Program-made: the position numbers and the translations under genes
In this document: one piece after another, positions 22,653 through 31,742 of the stretch
Position numbering within the stretch: the stretch's first letter is position 1
Layout: each line of letters begins with the position of its first letter
The notes under the pieces: generated by a model
What the model saw: the letters and a program-made list of their open reading frames with translations, nothing else
The model's database searches: none
Told to the model about the DNA's origin: nothing
NCBI GenBank assembly: GCA_027593235.1
Contig: JAQCIU010000005.1
Location: forward strand, 32,001-96,000
Direction of reading: 5' to 3'
From: Chloroflexota bacterium
Lineage (GTDB): Bacteria > Chloroflexota > Dehalococcoidia > UBA2979
Length of the DNA: 64,000 nucleotides

Positions 22653-23501
22653 TCAAAGCGGAATCGAAGACTCCTCCATGAGGCCGCGCCAGGCCGCGTC
22701 GGCGAAGCCGCCATCGAGGTAGACCGTCTGCCCGACGAGCATCGGCGCCTCGTCGGAGCAGAGCCACGCGACCGTGGCGGCGATGTCCTCGGGGGCGACG
22801 TTGCGGCCGGCGGGCACGTGCGGCCGGACCTTGTTCGCGACGTCCACCTGGTAGGTGCGATCGCCCTCGGAGCCCTCAACCCAGCCGGCGGAGACGGCGT
22901 TGACGCGGATCCCGAGCGAGGCGAGTTCGACAGCGAGGTACATCGTCAGCGATGACAGCGCAGCCTTGCTGACGCCCACCGCGGCGTAGTCCTTCATGTA
23001 GTGCGTCGCGCCGGGCGAGAGCAGGTTAACGACCGTGCCGCCACCGCGCGACTCGATCAGCGGTGCGGCGAGCTGGACGGCGAGCCACGGGCCGAAGACG
23101 TTGACGTCCATCGCGCGGTGCAGATGGCCCTGGCGTTGCTGTAGCGCCGGGCGGGGACGTTCGAGGCCGCGCGCGGCGTTGTTGATGAAGATGTCGATGC
23201 CGGGCGCGCCGCCACCGGGGCTCCAGCCCTCGAGGTGATGGAACAGCGCGCGGACCTCGTCCTCGTTACCGACGTCAGCCTTCCAGGCCGTGGCCTCGAC
23301 TCCGAGGGCGCGACAGGCCTCGGCGGTCTCGTCCGCGGCAGCGGCAGAGCGCGCGTAGGTCACGGCGACGTGCGCGCCCTCGCGGGCGAGGCGGAGCGCG
23401 ATCGCGCGACCGATGCCGCGCGAGCCACCGCTGATCACGGCGCGCTTGTCGCGGAGCGATTCATAGACGGGACCGCGGTCAGGCGGCGGTGGGTTAGGCA
23501 T
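22653..23501 (-). CDS. SDR oxidoreductase, FabL-like enoyl-ACP reductase
   Basis: SGGSRGIG, NNAA, YAAVGVSKAAL (Yx6K) followed by YLAVEL as in B. subtilis FabL. Confidence 0.78.
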   Translation of the reverse strand: MPNPPPPDRGPVYESLRDKRAVISGGSRGIGRAIALRLAREGAHVAVTYARSAAAADETAEACRALGVEATAWKADVGNEDEVRALFHHLEGWSPGGGAPGIDIFINNAARGLERPRPALQQRQGHLHRAMDVNVFGPWLAVQLAAPLIESRGGGTVVNLLSPGATHYMKDYAAVGVSKAALSSLTMYLAVELASLGIRVNAVSAGWVEGSEGDRTYQVDVANKVRPHVPAGRNVAPEDIAATVAWLCSDEAPMLVGQTVYLDGGFADAAWRGLMEESSIPL

Positions 23502-23554
23502 TGCGGAAGGTTATCCGGCAGCCGGTCGCTGGCGCGACCGGCACCAGCTCTACG

Positions 23555-24151
23555 TCAGTCGCTGGGACGAACGGCGCGGTGGATGGTGTGAACGCGGCCT
23601 TGCTTCACCTTGTCGTAGTTGCCGAACTGCTCCTGAATTATGCGCTGGATGAACTTCCGCATGCCGCTCAGCGTCACGAGGTAGAGACGACCGCCCGGCC
23701 GCAGCCGCGCCCACGCATCCGCGATGAACAGCGTCGTCAGTTCGTTGCCGATCTTCGCCGGCAGGTTCGTCGCCACGAGGTCGAAGCGGCGCTCCTCCGG
23801 AACGCCCGTGACGCCGTTCGAGGGCAGCACCTCGGCGTTGGTCAGGCCGTTGAGCGCGACGTTCGCCCGCGCGTAGTCGAGCGCGACGAGGTCCTTGTCG
23901 ACGAGCAGCGTCTGCCCCTCAGGTGCGAGTCGCGCCAGCGTCACGCCGATCGCGCCGTAGCCGCAGCCGAGATCGAGGCAGTCGTCGCCGGGACGCACCT
24001 CGATGTGATCGAGCAGCAGTCGCGTCCCGGAATCGACCTCGCGAGGTGAGAAGAGACCCCACGTCGAGCGGAAGCTGAGCGACTCGCCTCGGAGGGTGGT
24101 TTGGAACTCGAGGTCGGCGCGCAGCGCGTCGAGCTCGGGGCGGTCGGTCAT
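23555..24151 (-). CDS. RsmC/YbxB-like class I SAM methyltransferase
   Basis: GLFSPREVDSGTRLL, LDLGCGYGAIG. Confidence 0.85.
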   Translation of the reverse strand: MTDRPELDALRADLEFQTTLRGESLSFRSTWGLFSPREVDSGTRLLLDHIEVRPGDDCLDLGCGYGAIGVTLARLAPEGQTLLVDKDLVALDYARANVALNGLTNAEVLPSNGVTGVPEERRFDLVATNLPAKIGNELTTLFIADAWARLRPGGRLYLVTLSGMRKFIQRIIQEQFGNYDKVKQGRVHTIHRAVRPSD

Positions 24152-24154
24152 CGG

Positions 24155-24646
24155 TCAGGCCGGCGGCGGGGCGGGTTGGAGATGGTGCGGGCCCTTCGCG
24201 GGCTCGATCAGCACACCGACAGCCCACTCGTATCCATCCGAGTCGCGGACACAGACCTCGCGCCAGCCGTGGCCCTTGTTCGCGGTCGGCACGGAGACCG
24301 TGGCGCCGTGCCGTCGCGCGCGCTCCTCGGTCGCGTCGGGGTCGATCCCAAGGAGGCGGAGCTGGGCGCCGACGCCGCGCGTTGCACCCTCGGCGATGTC
24401 GCCAATCCAGGGGTGGTCGCTGTGCGTGTGATCGGCGTGCAGCATCACCTCGGCGGCCCCAACGCGCAGCGCCGCGAAGTCGATGTCGACGTAGTGGATC
24501 TCCGCCTCAAGCACGTCGCGGTAGAAGGCCACCGCGTGCTCGGTGTCCGCCACGATCAGGTTGAGCGAGAACGACGGCAGCAGCTCGCCGTAGCGAAAGC
24601 CCGGCATCCACGGGACCATGCCGTCCGGCCGCTTGCGAGTGCCCAT
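24155..24646 (-). CDS. VOC/glyoxalase family protein
   Basis: AVAFYRDVL, HGWREVCVRDSDGYEW. Confidence 0.82.
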   Translation of the reverse strand: MGTRKRPDGMVPWMPGFRYGELLPSFSLNLIVADTEHAVAFYRDVLEAEIHYVDIDFAALRVGAAEVMLHADHTHSDHPWIGDIAEGATRGVGAQLRLLGIDPDATEERARRHGATVSVPTANKGHGWREVCVRDSDGYEWAVGVLIEPAKGPHHLQPAPPPA

Positions 24647-24673
24647 GGCAGCCTCCTCGATCGCGTCGAGGAG

Positions 24674-25954
24674 TTAGGCGACGCCCTCGGCGACTCGCGC
24701 GCACGCAACCGCGAGGCGGCGCGCCGCCTCCGGGATGTCGTCCAGCGCTACCCAGGAGAAGGCGAGGCGGATGTGCTCGCCCGGGTCCTGGTGGTCGGCG
24801 AAGAACGCGTGCCCGATCGGGAAGTTCACGCCCTGCATCACCGCTTCGCGCTGCACATCGCGGGCAGTCAGCCCGTTCTGCAGCGTTGCCCAGAGGAAGA
24901 AGCCACCCTCGGGCTTGCGGAAGGACATGTACGGTTCGCAGTACTCGTGGAGCGCGGAGGTCAGCGCGTTCAGCTTCTGGGAGTAGACCTTGCGCATCTG
25001 CTCGATGTGCTCGTCCAGGCGCCCGTCTTCCATGAAGTTGTAGATCATGTGGTGCAGCAGCGGGCTGTTGCCCATCTCGAACCGCATCCGCATGACCCGA
25101 TCGATCACCGCGGGCTCAGCGTGCACCCAGCCGACACGCAGGCCGGTCGCCATGATTTTCGAGAAGGTGCTGACCGTGATCACGCCCTGGACGTTCGCCA
25201 GCTCGGAGAGGGTGATCGGACGGTCGTCGGAGTAGAAGAACTCGCCGTACGCGTCGTCATCGACAATCAATGCGCCGTGCTTCGCGGCCAGGCGCAGCAA
25301 CTCGTAGCGCCGCGCCAGCGACATCGAGGTGCCAGCCGGGTTGTGGAAGTTGCTGATCGTGTAGATCAGCTTCGCGCGCTTGCCCTGCGACTCGAGGTCG
25401 GCGAGCACCCGCGCCAGCTCCGTGGTGTCGAGGCCTTCCTCGTCCATGCCAACGGAGATGATGTTGGCCTGGCGACCCTTGAAGGTGCGGAGCGTGCCGG
25501 AGAACGTCGGCGCCTCGGAGATGACGGTGTCGCCCGGCGACAGGAACGCGGCGCAGACCAGGTCGATCGCGCCGGCACTGCCGTTGGTGAGCAGGAAATG
25601 CTCCGCCGTCACCGGCACGTGGCGGTCGCGGGTATAGCGCTGGGCCAGCGCGTCACGCAGCGGCTCGTAGCCGACCCCACCGCCGTAGCGAAGTGGGGTG
25701 TCGTCCGGCACGTCCAGCGCACGATCCATCGCGGCGAGCAGTTCCGCACGAGGCAGGGTGTCCGGATCGGGAATACCGCCGCCGAGGCTAATCGGCGTGA
25801 CCGGCGACTGAATCGTCGCCGGCATTCCCCAGTCGGTAGCGGAACCGGCGGTTAGGTACTTCACGGCGTCGCTGGTGAGCTCGTCCAGGTCGTGCTCAGC
25901 CCAGAGACGCCCCAGCTCTTCGACGATGGTGTCGGCAACCGGTTCGACCGTCAC
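24674..25954 (-). CDS. PLP-dependent aminotransferase class I (LysN/ARO8-like)
   Basis: ISLGGGIPD, NFHNPAG, DDDAYG, STFSKIMATGLRVGW. Confidence 0.9.
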   Translation of the reverse strand: MTVEPVADTIVEELGRLWAEHDLDELTSDAVKYLTAGSATDWGMPATIQSPVTPISLGGGIPDPDTLPRAELLAAMDRALDVPDDTPLRYGGGVGYEPLRDALAQRYTRDRHVPVTAEHFLLTNGSAGAIDLVCAAFLSPGDTVISEAPTFSGTLRTFKGRQANIISVGMDEEGLDTTELARVLADLESQGKRAKLIYTISNFHNPAGTSMSLARRYELLRLAAKHGALIVDDDAYGEFFYSDDRPITLSELANVQGVITVSTFSKIMATGLRVGWVHAEPAVIDRVMRMRFEMGNSPLLHHMIYNFMEDGRLDEHIEQMRKVYSQKLNALTSALHEYCEPYMSFRKPEGGFFLWATLQNGLTARDVQREAVMQGVNFPIGHAFFADHQDPGEHIRLAFSWVALDDIPEAARRLAVACARVAEGVA

Positions 25955-25998
25955 GGCGAATTCCCTACTTCTAGCAAGCATGGATGGGGATCAAGACG

Positions 25999-26021
25999 TA
26001 ACGCCCCGATACGGGACGTTA
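25999..26021. promoter_or_regulatory. Imperfect palindrome upstream of aminotransferase (possible operator or hairpin)
   Basis: TAACGCCCCG-ATA-CGGGACGTTA (9 of 10 pairs), overlapping the perfect palindrome TATCCGGATA at 26020-26029. Confidence 0.35.
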
Positions 26022-26071
26022 TCCGGATATCGTATGGCGTCCGGTTCCGCAGCAGCAAGCAGGATCTTCAC

Positions 26072-27304
26072 TTACCGCCCGCTTTCGGCAACCGCCGCCA
26101 TCGCTTCGCCCAGCCGGGCGATCGCCGCTTGCAGGTCGGCCGGCGGCAGCGCGGAGTAGACGAGGCGTAACGCGCGCTCGCCGCCCCCGGTCGCGAAGTA
26201 GCTGGGGCCGGGGGTCACGGCGACCTCCCGCTCGGCAGCGGCGGCGGCGACGGCTGCCGCCGTGAGCGGCTCGTTGAGCTGCAACCAGAGGAAGAAGCCG
26301 CCCGCGGGGAGCTCGAACCGCACGTACGGCTCGGCGTACTCGCGCAGCGCCGAGGCCGCCGCGTCGCGCCGTTCGCGGTAGATCGATTGCAGCCGGCCCA
26401 CGTGCTCGGCGTACTGCGGCGTCTCCAGGAAGTGGAGCACCACGCGGTGCAGGAACGGCGAGGCGCCGTTGTCGAAGCGCATGTGCACCAGCGCGGCCAC
26501 GACGTGTGGCTCCGCGAGGATCCACGCCACCCGCAAACCGCTCGCGACGGTCTTCGAGAACGTCCCCAGCCGCAGCACCCCGCGGCCCTCGGCGACGGCA
26601 AACATCGAGGGCGGCGGGACCCCGTCGATATCGAGTCCGGCGTAGGCGTCGTCCTCGACGATCAGGACGCCGTGCTCGTGGGCCATCCGCACGATCGCCT
26701 GGCGGCGCTCCAGCGGCAGCGTCGCGCCGGTCGGGTTGTCGTAGTTCGGCACGACGTAGATCAGCTTGACGCGCGCACCCTCGCCGCGAAGCGCGTCCAA
26801 GGTCGATGCGAGCGCGTCGGGATCGAGGCCGTCGCGGTCTTGCGGGACGGTCACCACGCGCGCACCACGCGCGCGGAACGTGCGAATCGCCCCCGGGTAC
26901 GTCGGCGCGCCGAGGATCACCGTGTCGCCCTCGGCGAGGAAGGTGAGCGCCACGTTCTGCAGCCCGTGCGCCGATCCCGAGGTCAGCGTCACCGTGTCCG
27001 AACGGAGCGCGAGGCCGGCGCGAACGCCCTCGGTGCGGGCGATCCACGCGCGCAGCGGTTCGAAGCCCTGCTGGCCGCCGTACGTCAGCGCGGCGCCGGG
27101 GTCTGCTTCCAGCACGGCGACCGCCGCCGCGGCCAGCGAGCTGGCCGGGAGCGAGGCGCGGTCGGGCACGCCGGCGTTCAGGTCGTAGCGCAGCGGGGAG
27201 AGCGAGGTGTTCCTCGGTAGCTCGCGCACAATCGGCGCAAGCAGGCGATCGAGCGGCGTCGCGCCCGGATCCGCGCTCGAAAAGGCAGGCTCCTGATCGC
27301 CCAT
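26072..27304 (-). CDS. PLP-dependent aminotransferase class I (tandem paralog)
   Basis: NYDNPTG, EDDAY, GTFSKTVASGLRVAW. Confidence 0.9.
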   Translation of the reverse strand: MGDQEPAFSSADPGATPLDRLLAPIVRELPRNTSLSPLRYDLNAGVPDRASLPASSLAAAAVAVLEADPGAALTYGGQQGFEPLRAWIARTEGVRAGLALRSDTVTLTSGSAHGLQNVALTFLAEGDTVILGAPTYPGAIRTFRARGARVVTVPQDRDGLDPDALASTLDALRGEGARVKLIYVVPNYDNPTGATLPLERRQAIVRMAHEHGVLIVEDDAYAGLDIDGVPPPSMFAVAEGRGVLRLGTFSKTVASGLRVAWILAEPHVVAALVHMRFDNGASPFLHRVVLHFLETPQYAEHVGRLQSIYRERRDAAASALREYAEPYVRFELPAGGFFLWLQLNEPLTAAAVAAAAAEREVAVTPGPSYFATGGGERALRLVYSALPPADLQAAIARLGEAMAAVAESGR

Positions 27305-27313
27305 GGTCGCGCC

Positions 27314-27342
27314 AGACTACGGGTGACCGAAGTCGGTCACAA
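27314..27342 (-). promoter_or_regulatory. Sigma70-type promoter overlapped by an 18-bp palindromic operator
   Basis: Minus strand TTGTGA-17 nt-TAGTCT, 9 nt before ATG 27304; GTGACCGA-AG-TCGGTCAC at 27323-27340. Confidence 0.6.
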
Positions 27343-27481
27343 GCACAACCACGCGATCCCGGCGGCCACCGTGGCGTCCGTTCGCATTCAGCGTCCCTGC
27401 TTCACATACTGCGGAAACGTCATCCGCCGGCGACGCGTTATCGCGCGCGACACGAGCCGGCTCGAGGAGAGGAGCGTCGCA

Positions 27482-28753
27482 ATGGCCTCAGGACCGTTGG
27501 TCGGTGTGAGGGTGCTGGAGTTCACGCAGATCCTCGCGGGCCCCTATGCCTGCGCGCAGCTCGCGGATATGGGCGCCGAGGTGATCAAGGTTGAGCCGCC
27601 CGGCGGCGAACCGTGGCGCCTCTCCCAGCAGTACATGCCCGGCGAGTCGAAGTGGTTCCACCAGCTCAACCGCGGCAAGCGCTCGCTCGTCCTCAAGCTC
27701 GACGATCCAGACGCGCAGGAGATCGTCCGTCGCTTGGTCCCGGACATGGATGTGGTCGTGATCAACTACCGCCCGGACGTCGCCGCGCGGTTGAAGATCG
27801 ACTACGACTCACTGAGCGCGCTCAACGAACGGCTGATCTACGTCGACAACACCGCATTCGGGCGGAAGGGCCCGTGGTCGCACCGCCCCGGCTACGACAT
27901 CGTGGCGCAGGCCGCCTCCGGCTTGATGGCGGGCGAAGGGAAACTGCGCGACGGTCAGCCGGTCCTCATCCAGTCGACGTCCCTCGCTGACTACTCCACC
28001 GGGCTCGCGATGGCGATGGGGGTCTGCGGCGCGCTCTACAACCGCGAACGAACCGGCAAGGGCGAATACATCGAAAGCACGCTGCTGCGCACCGCGCTCC
28101 AGTACCAGATGGAGCGCGTGATGCGTGTCCCCGCGGCGGACGCAGTGAACGAGGCGCGCATGGCGAACGTCCACGCGCTACGCGATGGCGGCGCAACCTA
28201 CCCCGAACTCCTCGAGGCCTACGACCCGCGCAAGGTCGCTTCCGCGGTCAACGCCGTCTACCGCGCATACGCGACGAAGGACGGGGCGCTGGCGATCGGT
28301 GCGCTCTCCGCCTCGCTGCGCGCGAAGGTGCGGAAGGCGATCGGCTTCGACTTCCTCGGTACCGACGACCCCGAGTTCGATCTCCAGAACGCCGAGTGGG
28401 TTGAGCGCGGCGCCGAGGCCGTCCGCGCGATCGAGGAGAAGATGAAGACGAAGACCAGCGCGGAGTGGATGGAGATCTTCGATCGCGAAGGCGTCCCGGC
28501 CAGCCCCGTGCATTTCGCCGAGGACCTCCCCGACAACCCACAGGTGATCGAGAACGAGCTGATGGTTGAGCTCGATCACGAACTCTCCGGGCCGGAGTGG
28601 CAGGTCGGGCCGATCGTTTCGTTCCGCAACTCGCCGCTACAGGCGCAGGGCGCATCGCCCCGCCTCGGACGTGATACCGACGACATCGTCGGCAGCGCCG
28701 GCTACAGCGCTGAGGAGATTGCGGCGCTCCACGCCCGCGGCGTGATCGGCTGA
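27482..28753 (+). CDS. Class III CoA-transferase (CaiB/BaiF family)
   Basis: GPLVGVRVLEFTQILAGP, NRGKRS, PGYDIVAQA; RBS GAGGAG. Confidence 0.92.
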   Translation: MASGPLVGVRVLEFTQILAGPYACAQLADMGAEVIKVEPPGGEPWRLSQQYMPGESKWFHQLNRGKRSLVLKLDDPDAQEIVRRLVPDMDVVVINYRPDVAARLKIDYDSLSALNERLIYVDNTAFGRKGPWSHRPGYDIVAQAASGLMAGEGKLRDGQPVLIQSTSLADYSTGLAMAMGVCGALYNRERTGKGEYIESTLLRTALQYQMERVMRVPAADAVNEARMANVHALRDGGATYPELLEAYDPRKVASAVNAVYRAYATKDGALAIGALSASLRAKVRKAIGFDFLGTDDPEFDLQNAEWVERGAEAVRAIEEKMKTKTSAEWMEIFDREGVPASPVHFAEDLPDNPQVIENELMVELDHELSGPEWQVGPIVSFRNSPLQAQGASPRLGRDTDDIVGSAGYSAEEIAALHARGVIG

Positions 28754-28836
28754 CCGCGGGCAACAACAGCGACCGAGGACGGCACTCCGATCGCGCATAC
28801 TGAGGCAGCGACCGAGGCAACGAAGGACGGCAACCG

Positions 28837-29592
28837 ATGAGCGACGACGTGCTGGTCACGAGTATCGAGGACGGCATCGGCCGTCTTCGGCTGAACCGCG
28901 CCGACAAGCGCAACGCGATCAACGAACCGCTCTCCCGAGCGATCCAGGCGGCGATGGAGCAGATGGACGCGGATGACCGCGTCCACGTCATCCTGATCGA
29001 AGGCACCGACGGCGCGTTCTGCGCCGGCGCCGACATGGGCGAAGCGCTCGCCGCCTCGGAGGCCGGGGATCGCCGCTTCAATCCGTCGCATGACGCCGCC
29101 GCCCGCGTCGCCTCCTCGGAGAAGCCAACCATCGCGAAGATCGATGGCCCGGCCTACGGCGCCGGTGCGCTGCTGGCGTGCGGCTGCGATCTGCGCGTGA
29201 TGTCCGATCGATCGCGGATGCGCTTTCCCGGGTCGGACTACGGCCTTGTCGTCGGCGCCGCGGCGCTCACCGCGCTCGTCGGCCCCGTCATGGCGAAGGA
29301 ACTGATCTTCACCTCGCGCGTGATCGACGCTGACGAGGCACTCAAGCTCGGGCTCGCCAACCGCGTCGTCCCGGCCGACGCGGTCGAGGCGGAAGCACTC
29401 GCCCTCGCGCAGGCCGTCGCCGCCGCCTCGCCACTCGCCGCCCGCTGGGCGAAGCAGGTCATCAACGCCGCCGCGACCGGCGGCGACGCGCACGGCCTCG
29501 AGGCCCAGGCTGACCTCGTGCTTCGCGGCGGCGCCGATCACATGCAGCGCTTCAGCAAAGCGACCGCTCGCGTCGTCGGACGCTCGAACTAA
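28837..29592 (+). CDS. Enoyl-CoA hydratase/isomerase family protein
   Basis: LNRADKRNA, AFCAGAD, KPTIAKIDGPAYGAG. Confidence 0.9.
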   Translation: MSDDVLVTSIEDGIGRLRLNRADKRNAINEPLSRAIQAAMEQMDADDRVHVILIEGTDGAFCAGADMGEALAASEAGDRRFNPSHDAAARVASSEKPTIAKIDGPAYGAGALLACGCDLRVMSDRSRMRFPGSDYGLVVGAAALTALVGPVMAKELIFTSRVIDADEALKLGLANRVVPADAVEAEALALAQAVAAASPLAARWAKQVINAAATGGDAHGLEAQADLVLRGGADHMQRFSKATARVVGRSN

Positions 29593-29624
29593 ACGTCGAG
29601 CCACGGGAACAGAGGAGCACCGCC

Positions 29625-30182
29625 ATGACCGCCGACGCGGCCGAAACACCACCGCCCCCACGCGAACTCACGGAGGAGGAGCAGCGCGTCCGCGGATACC
29701 TGCTTGCCCAGGCGGAGAAGCGCGACTGGATCGAACTCTGGCCCCGAATGATCGCGGAGCGCGGTGCGTTGATGGTCGCGACCGACGGCGTCACCGACGC
29801 GCAGGCGGACTGGTCGCCCGGCGAGGGTGAGTGGACGATCCGCGAGATCGTCGAGCATGTCCTCTCCGTCTCACGGAGCACGCTGCGACTGATCGAGGAC
29901 CTCGCCGCCGGCCGGCCCGAGAGCGACCGCGAGCCCCGACCCGAATCAAAGATGCCCTCCTCCTTCACGCGGCTGATCTCCCACCTGGCGGAGCACTCCG
30001 TCCGGCTCTGCTCCCTGCCCGAGCGGCTACCGCCCTCGACGGACCTCCAGATGACGTCCCCGCATTCGAACTTCGGCGAGCTGAACAGCCGCGGGTGGTT
30101 CCTCTTCAACCGGATCCACGACACCGATCACCGCAAGCAGATCGAAGCGATCCAGGCCGCGGCCGGCTACCCCGGGGCATAG
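29625..30182 (+). CDS. DinB family protein
   Basis: WTIREIVEHV and HDTDH metal-binding His triad. Confidence 0.82.
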   Translation: MTADAAETPPPPRELTEEEQRVRGYLLAQAEKRDWIELWPRMIAERGALMVATDGVTDAQADWSPGEGEWTIREIVEHVLSVSRSTLRLIEDLAAGRPESDREPRPESKMPSSFTRLISHLAEHSVRLCSLPERLPPSTDLQMTSPHSNFGELNSRGWFLFNRIHDTDHRKQIEAIQAAAGYPGA

Positions 30183-30184
30183 CG

Positions 30185-30706
30185 ATGGCTAGCCTCAGCG
30201 CGCCCGACTTCGAGGAGTTGCAGGCACAGGCCGCAAGCGTGGTCGCGCGCATGACCGCCCGAGGGCTGCGTCTCGCTACCGCGGAATCCACGGTCGGCGG
30301 GTTGATCGGCTTCACGCTCACCTCGGTGCCGGGTGCCTCGAAGGCCTTCATCGGCGGCATCACGGCTTACGGCGGCGGCTCGAAGACCTCGCTGCTCCAC
30401 GTGCCGGAGGCGACCCTGCGCGAGCACGGATCGGTCGCCGCGCCGACCGTCGCCGCGATGGCGCGCGGCGCCCGCGAGGCATTCGGCGTCGACCTCGCCG
30501 TCGCCGAGTCCGGCATCGCCAGCCCAACCCAGAACAGCGAGCGGCCGGGCGGCCTGTATTACATTGGCCTCATCGCCGAGGACTTCGAGCGCGTCGAGCG
30601 CCACGAGTTCGCCGGCGATCGGGTCGCGACGATGCAACAGGCCACCGCCGCGGCGCTCAGCCTGATCGACGCCTACCTCGACGAGAGCGAGCGTCGGGCC
30701 GGCTAA
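30185..30706 (+). CDS. CinA C-terminal / PncC-like NMN amidohydrolase
   Basis: LATAESTVGG, VPGAS, HGSVA, AMARGA. Confidence 0.85.
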   Translation: MASLSAPDFEELQAQAASVVARMTARGLRLATAESTVGGLIGFTLTSVPGASKAFIGGITAYGGGSKTSLLHVPEATLREHGSVAAPTVAAMARGAREAFGVDLAVAESGIASPTQNSERPGGLYYIGLIAEDFERVERHEFAGDRVATMQQATAAALSLIDAYLDESERRAG

Positions 30707-30736
30707 CGCGCTGGCCCACGACATGCGGGGGTTCCG

Positions 30737-31741
30737 ATGACGCAAGAAGAACGCGGCCCGGTCTACGCGCCCGAACTCACGGGCGGCGAATGGCTACAGG
30801 GCGGACCGATCGCAATCCGCGGATCCGGCAAGCCCGTCCTCATCGACTTCTGGGACTACACCTGCGTGAACTGCCTGCGCACGCTCCCCTACGTCACCGA
30901 ATGGCACCGCCGCTACGCGGAGTTCGGACTCCAGATCGTCGGCGTCCACACACCGGAGTTCTCGTTCGCGAAGAACCCGGACCACGTCCGTCGCGCGATC
31001 GCCGCGCAGGCGATCGACTACCCCGTGATTCTCGATGCCGACAAGACGATCTGGCAGGCCTATGCCAACCGTTACTGGCCCGCCAAGTACTTCATCAACG
31101 TCGAAGGACGAATCCAGGCGCGGCACTACGGCGAAGGCGCCTACGGCGACTCCGAACAACTGATCCAGGCGTTGCTCTCACAGCAGGAAGGCTTCAACGC
31201 CGCGCTGCCCGAGATCATGGAGCCGATCCGTGGCGAGGATGCGCCCGGCGCCGTCTGCTACCGCGTCACCCCGGAGCTGTACTGCGGCCTCCAACGAGGC
31301 GCGATCGGCAACGTCCTCGGCATCGCGCCGGAGCAGCCCGCCACCTACGTCGATCCCGGCAAGCACGTCCAGGGGATGCTGTACTTCGAGGGCGACTGGA
31401 TCCTCCAGGGCGAGAGCGCCGCGCGCCCGTACGGCGCGCGGAAGACGAGCCGCATCCACCTCGATTACATGGCCGCTGATGTCAATCTCGTCCTCCACCC
31501 GCCGCTCACCGGCGGGCCGGCGGAGCTACGGGTCCTCCTCGACGGCGCACCGATCGAGGCCACGGCCGGCACCGACGTCACCAACGGTGTCGTGCACGTG
31601 GATGTCCCGAGGATGTACAACCTCGTGGCGGACGGCGATGTCGACCACCATTCACTCGTCCTCGAGACGAACGCGGACGGTCTGGCCGCATTCGCGTTCA
31701 CGTTCACCTCGTGCGTCACCCCGCCACCTGAGGAGGCCTGA
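30737..31741 (+). CDS. Redoxin + DipZ C-terminal domain protein (no CcdA domain)
   Basis: LIDFWDYTCVNC, GVHTPEF, NRYWPA, TPELY, AFAFTF. Confidence 0.88.
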   Translation: MTQEERGPVYAPELTGGEWLQGGPIAIRGSGKPVLIDFWDYTCVNCLRTLPYVTEWHRRYAEFGLQIVGVHTPEFSFAKNPDHVRRAIAAQAIDYPVILDADKTIWQAYANRYWPAKYFINVEGRIQARHYGEGAYGDSEQLIQALLSQQEGFNAALPEIMEPIRGEDAPGAVCYRVTPELYCGLQRGAIGNVLGIAPEQPATYVDPGKHVQGMLYFEGDWILQGESAARPYGARKTSRIHLDYMAADVNLVLHPPLTGGPAELRVLLDGAPIEATAGTDVTNGVVHVDVPRMYNLVADGDVDHHSLVLETNADGLAAFAFTFTSCVTPPPEEA

Positions 31742-31742
31742 C

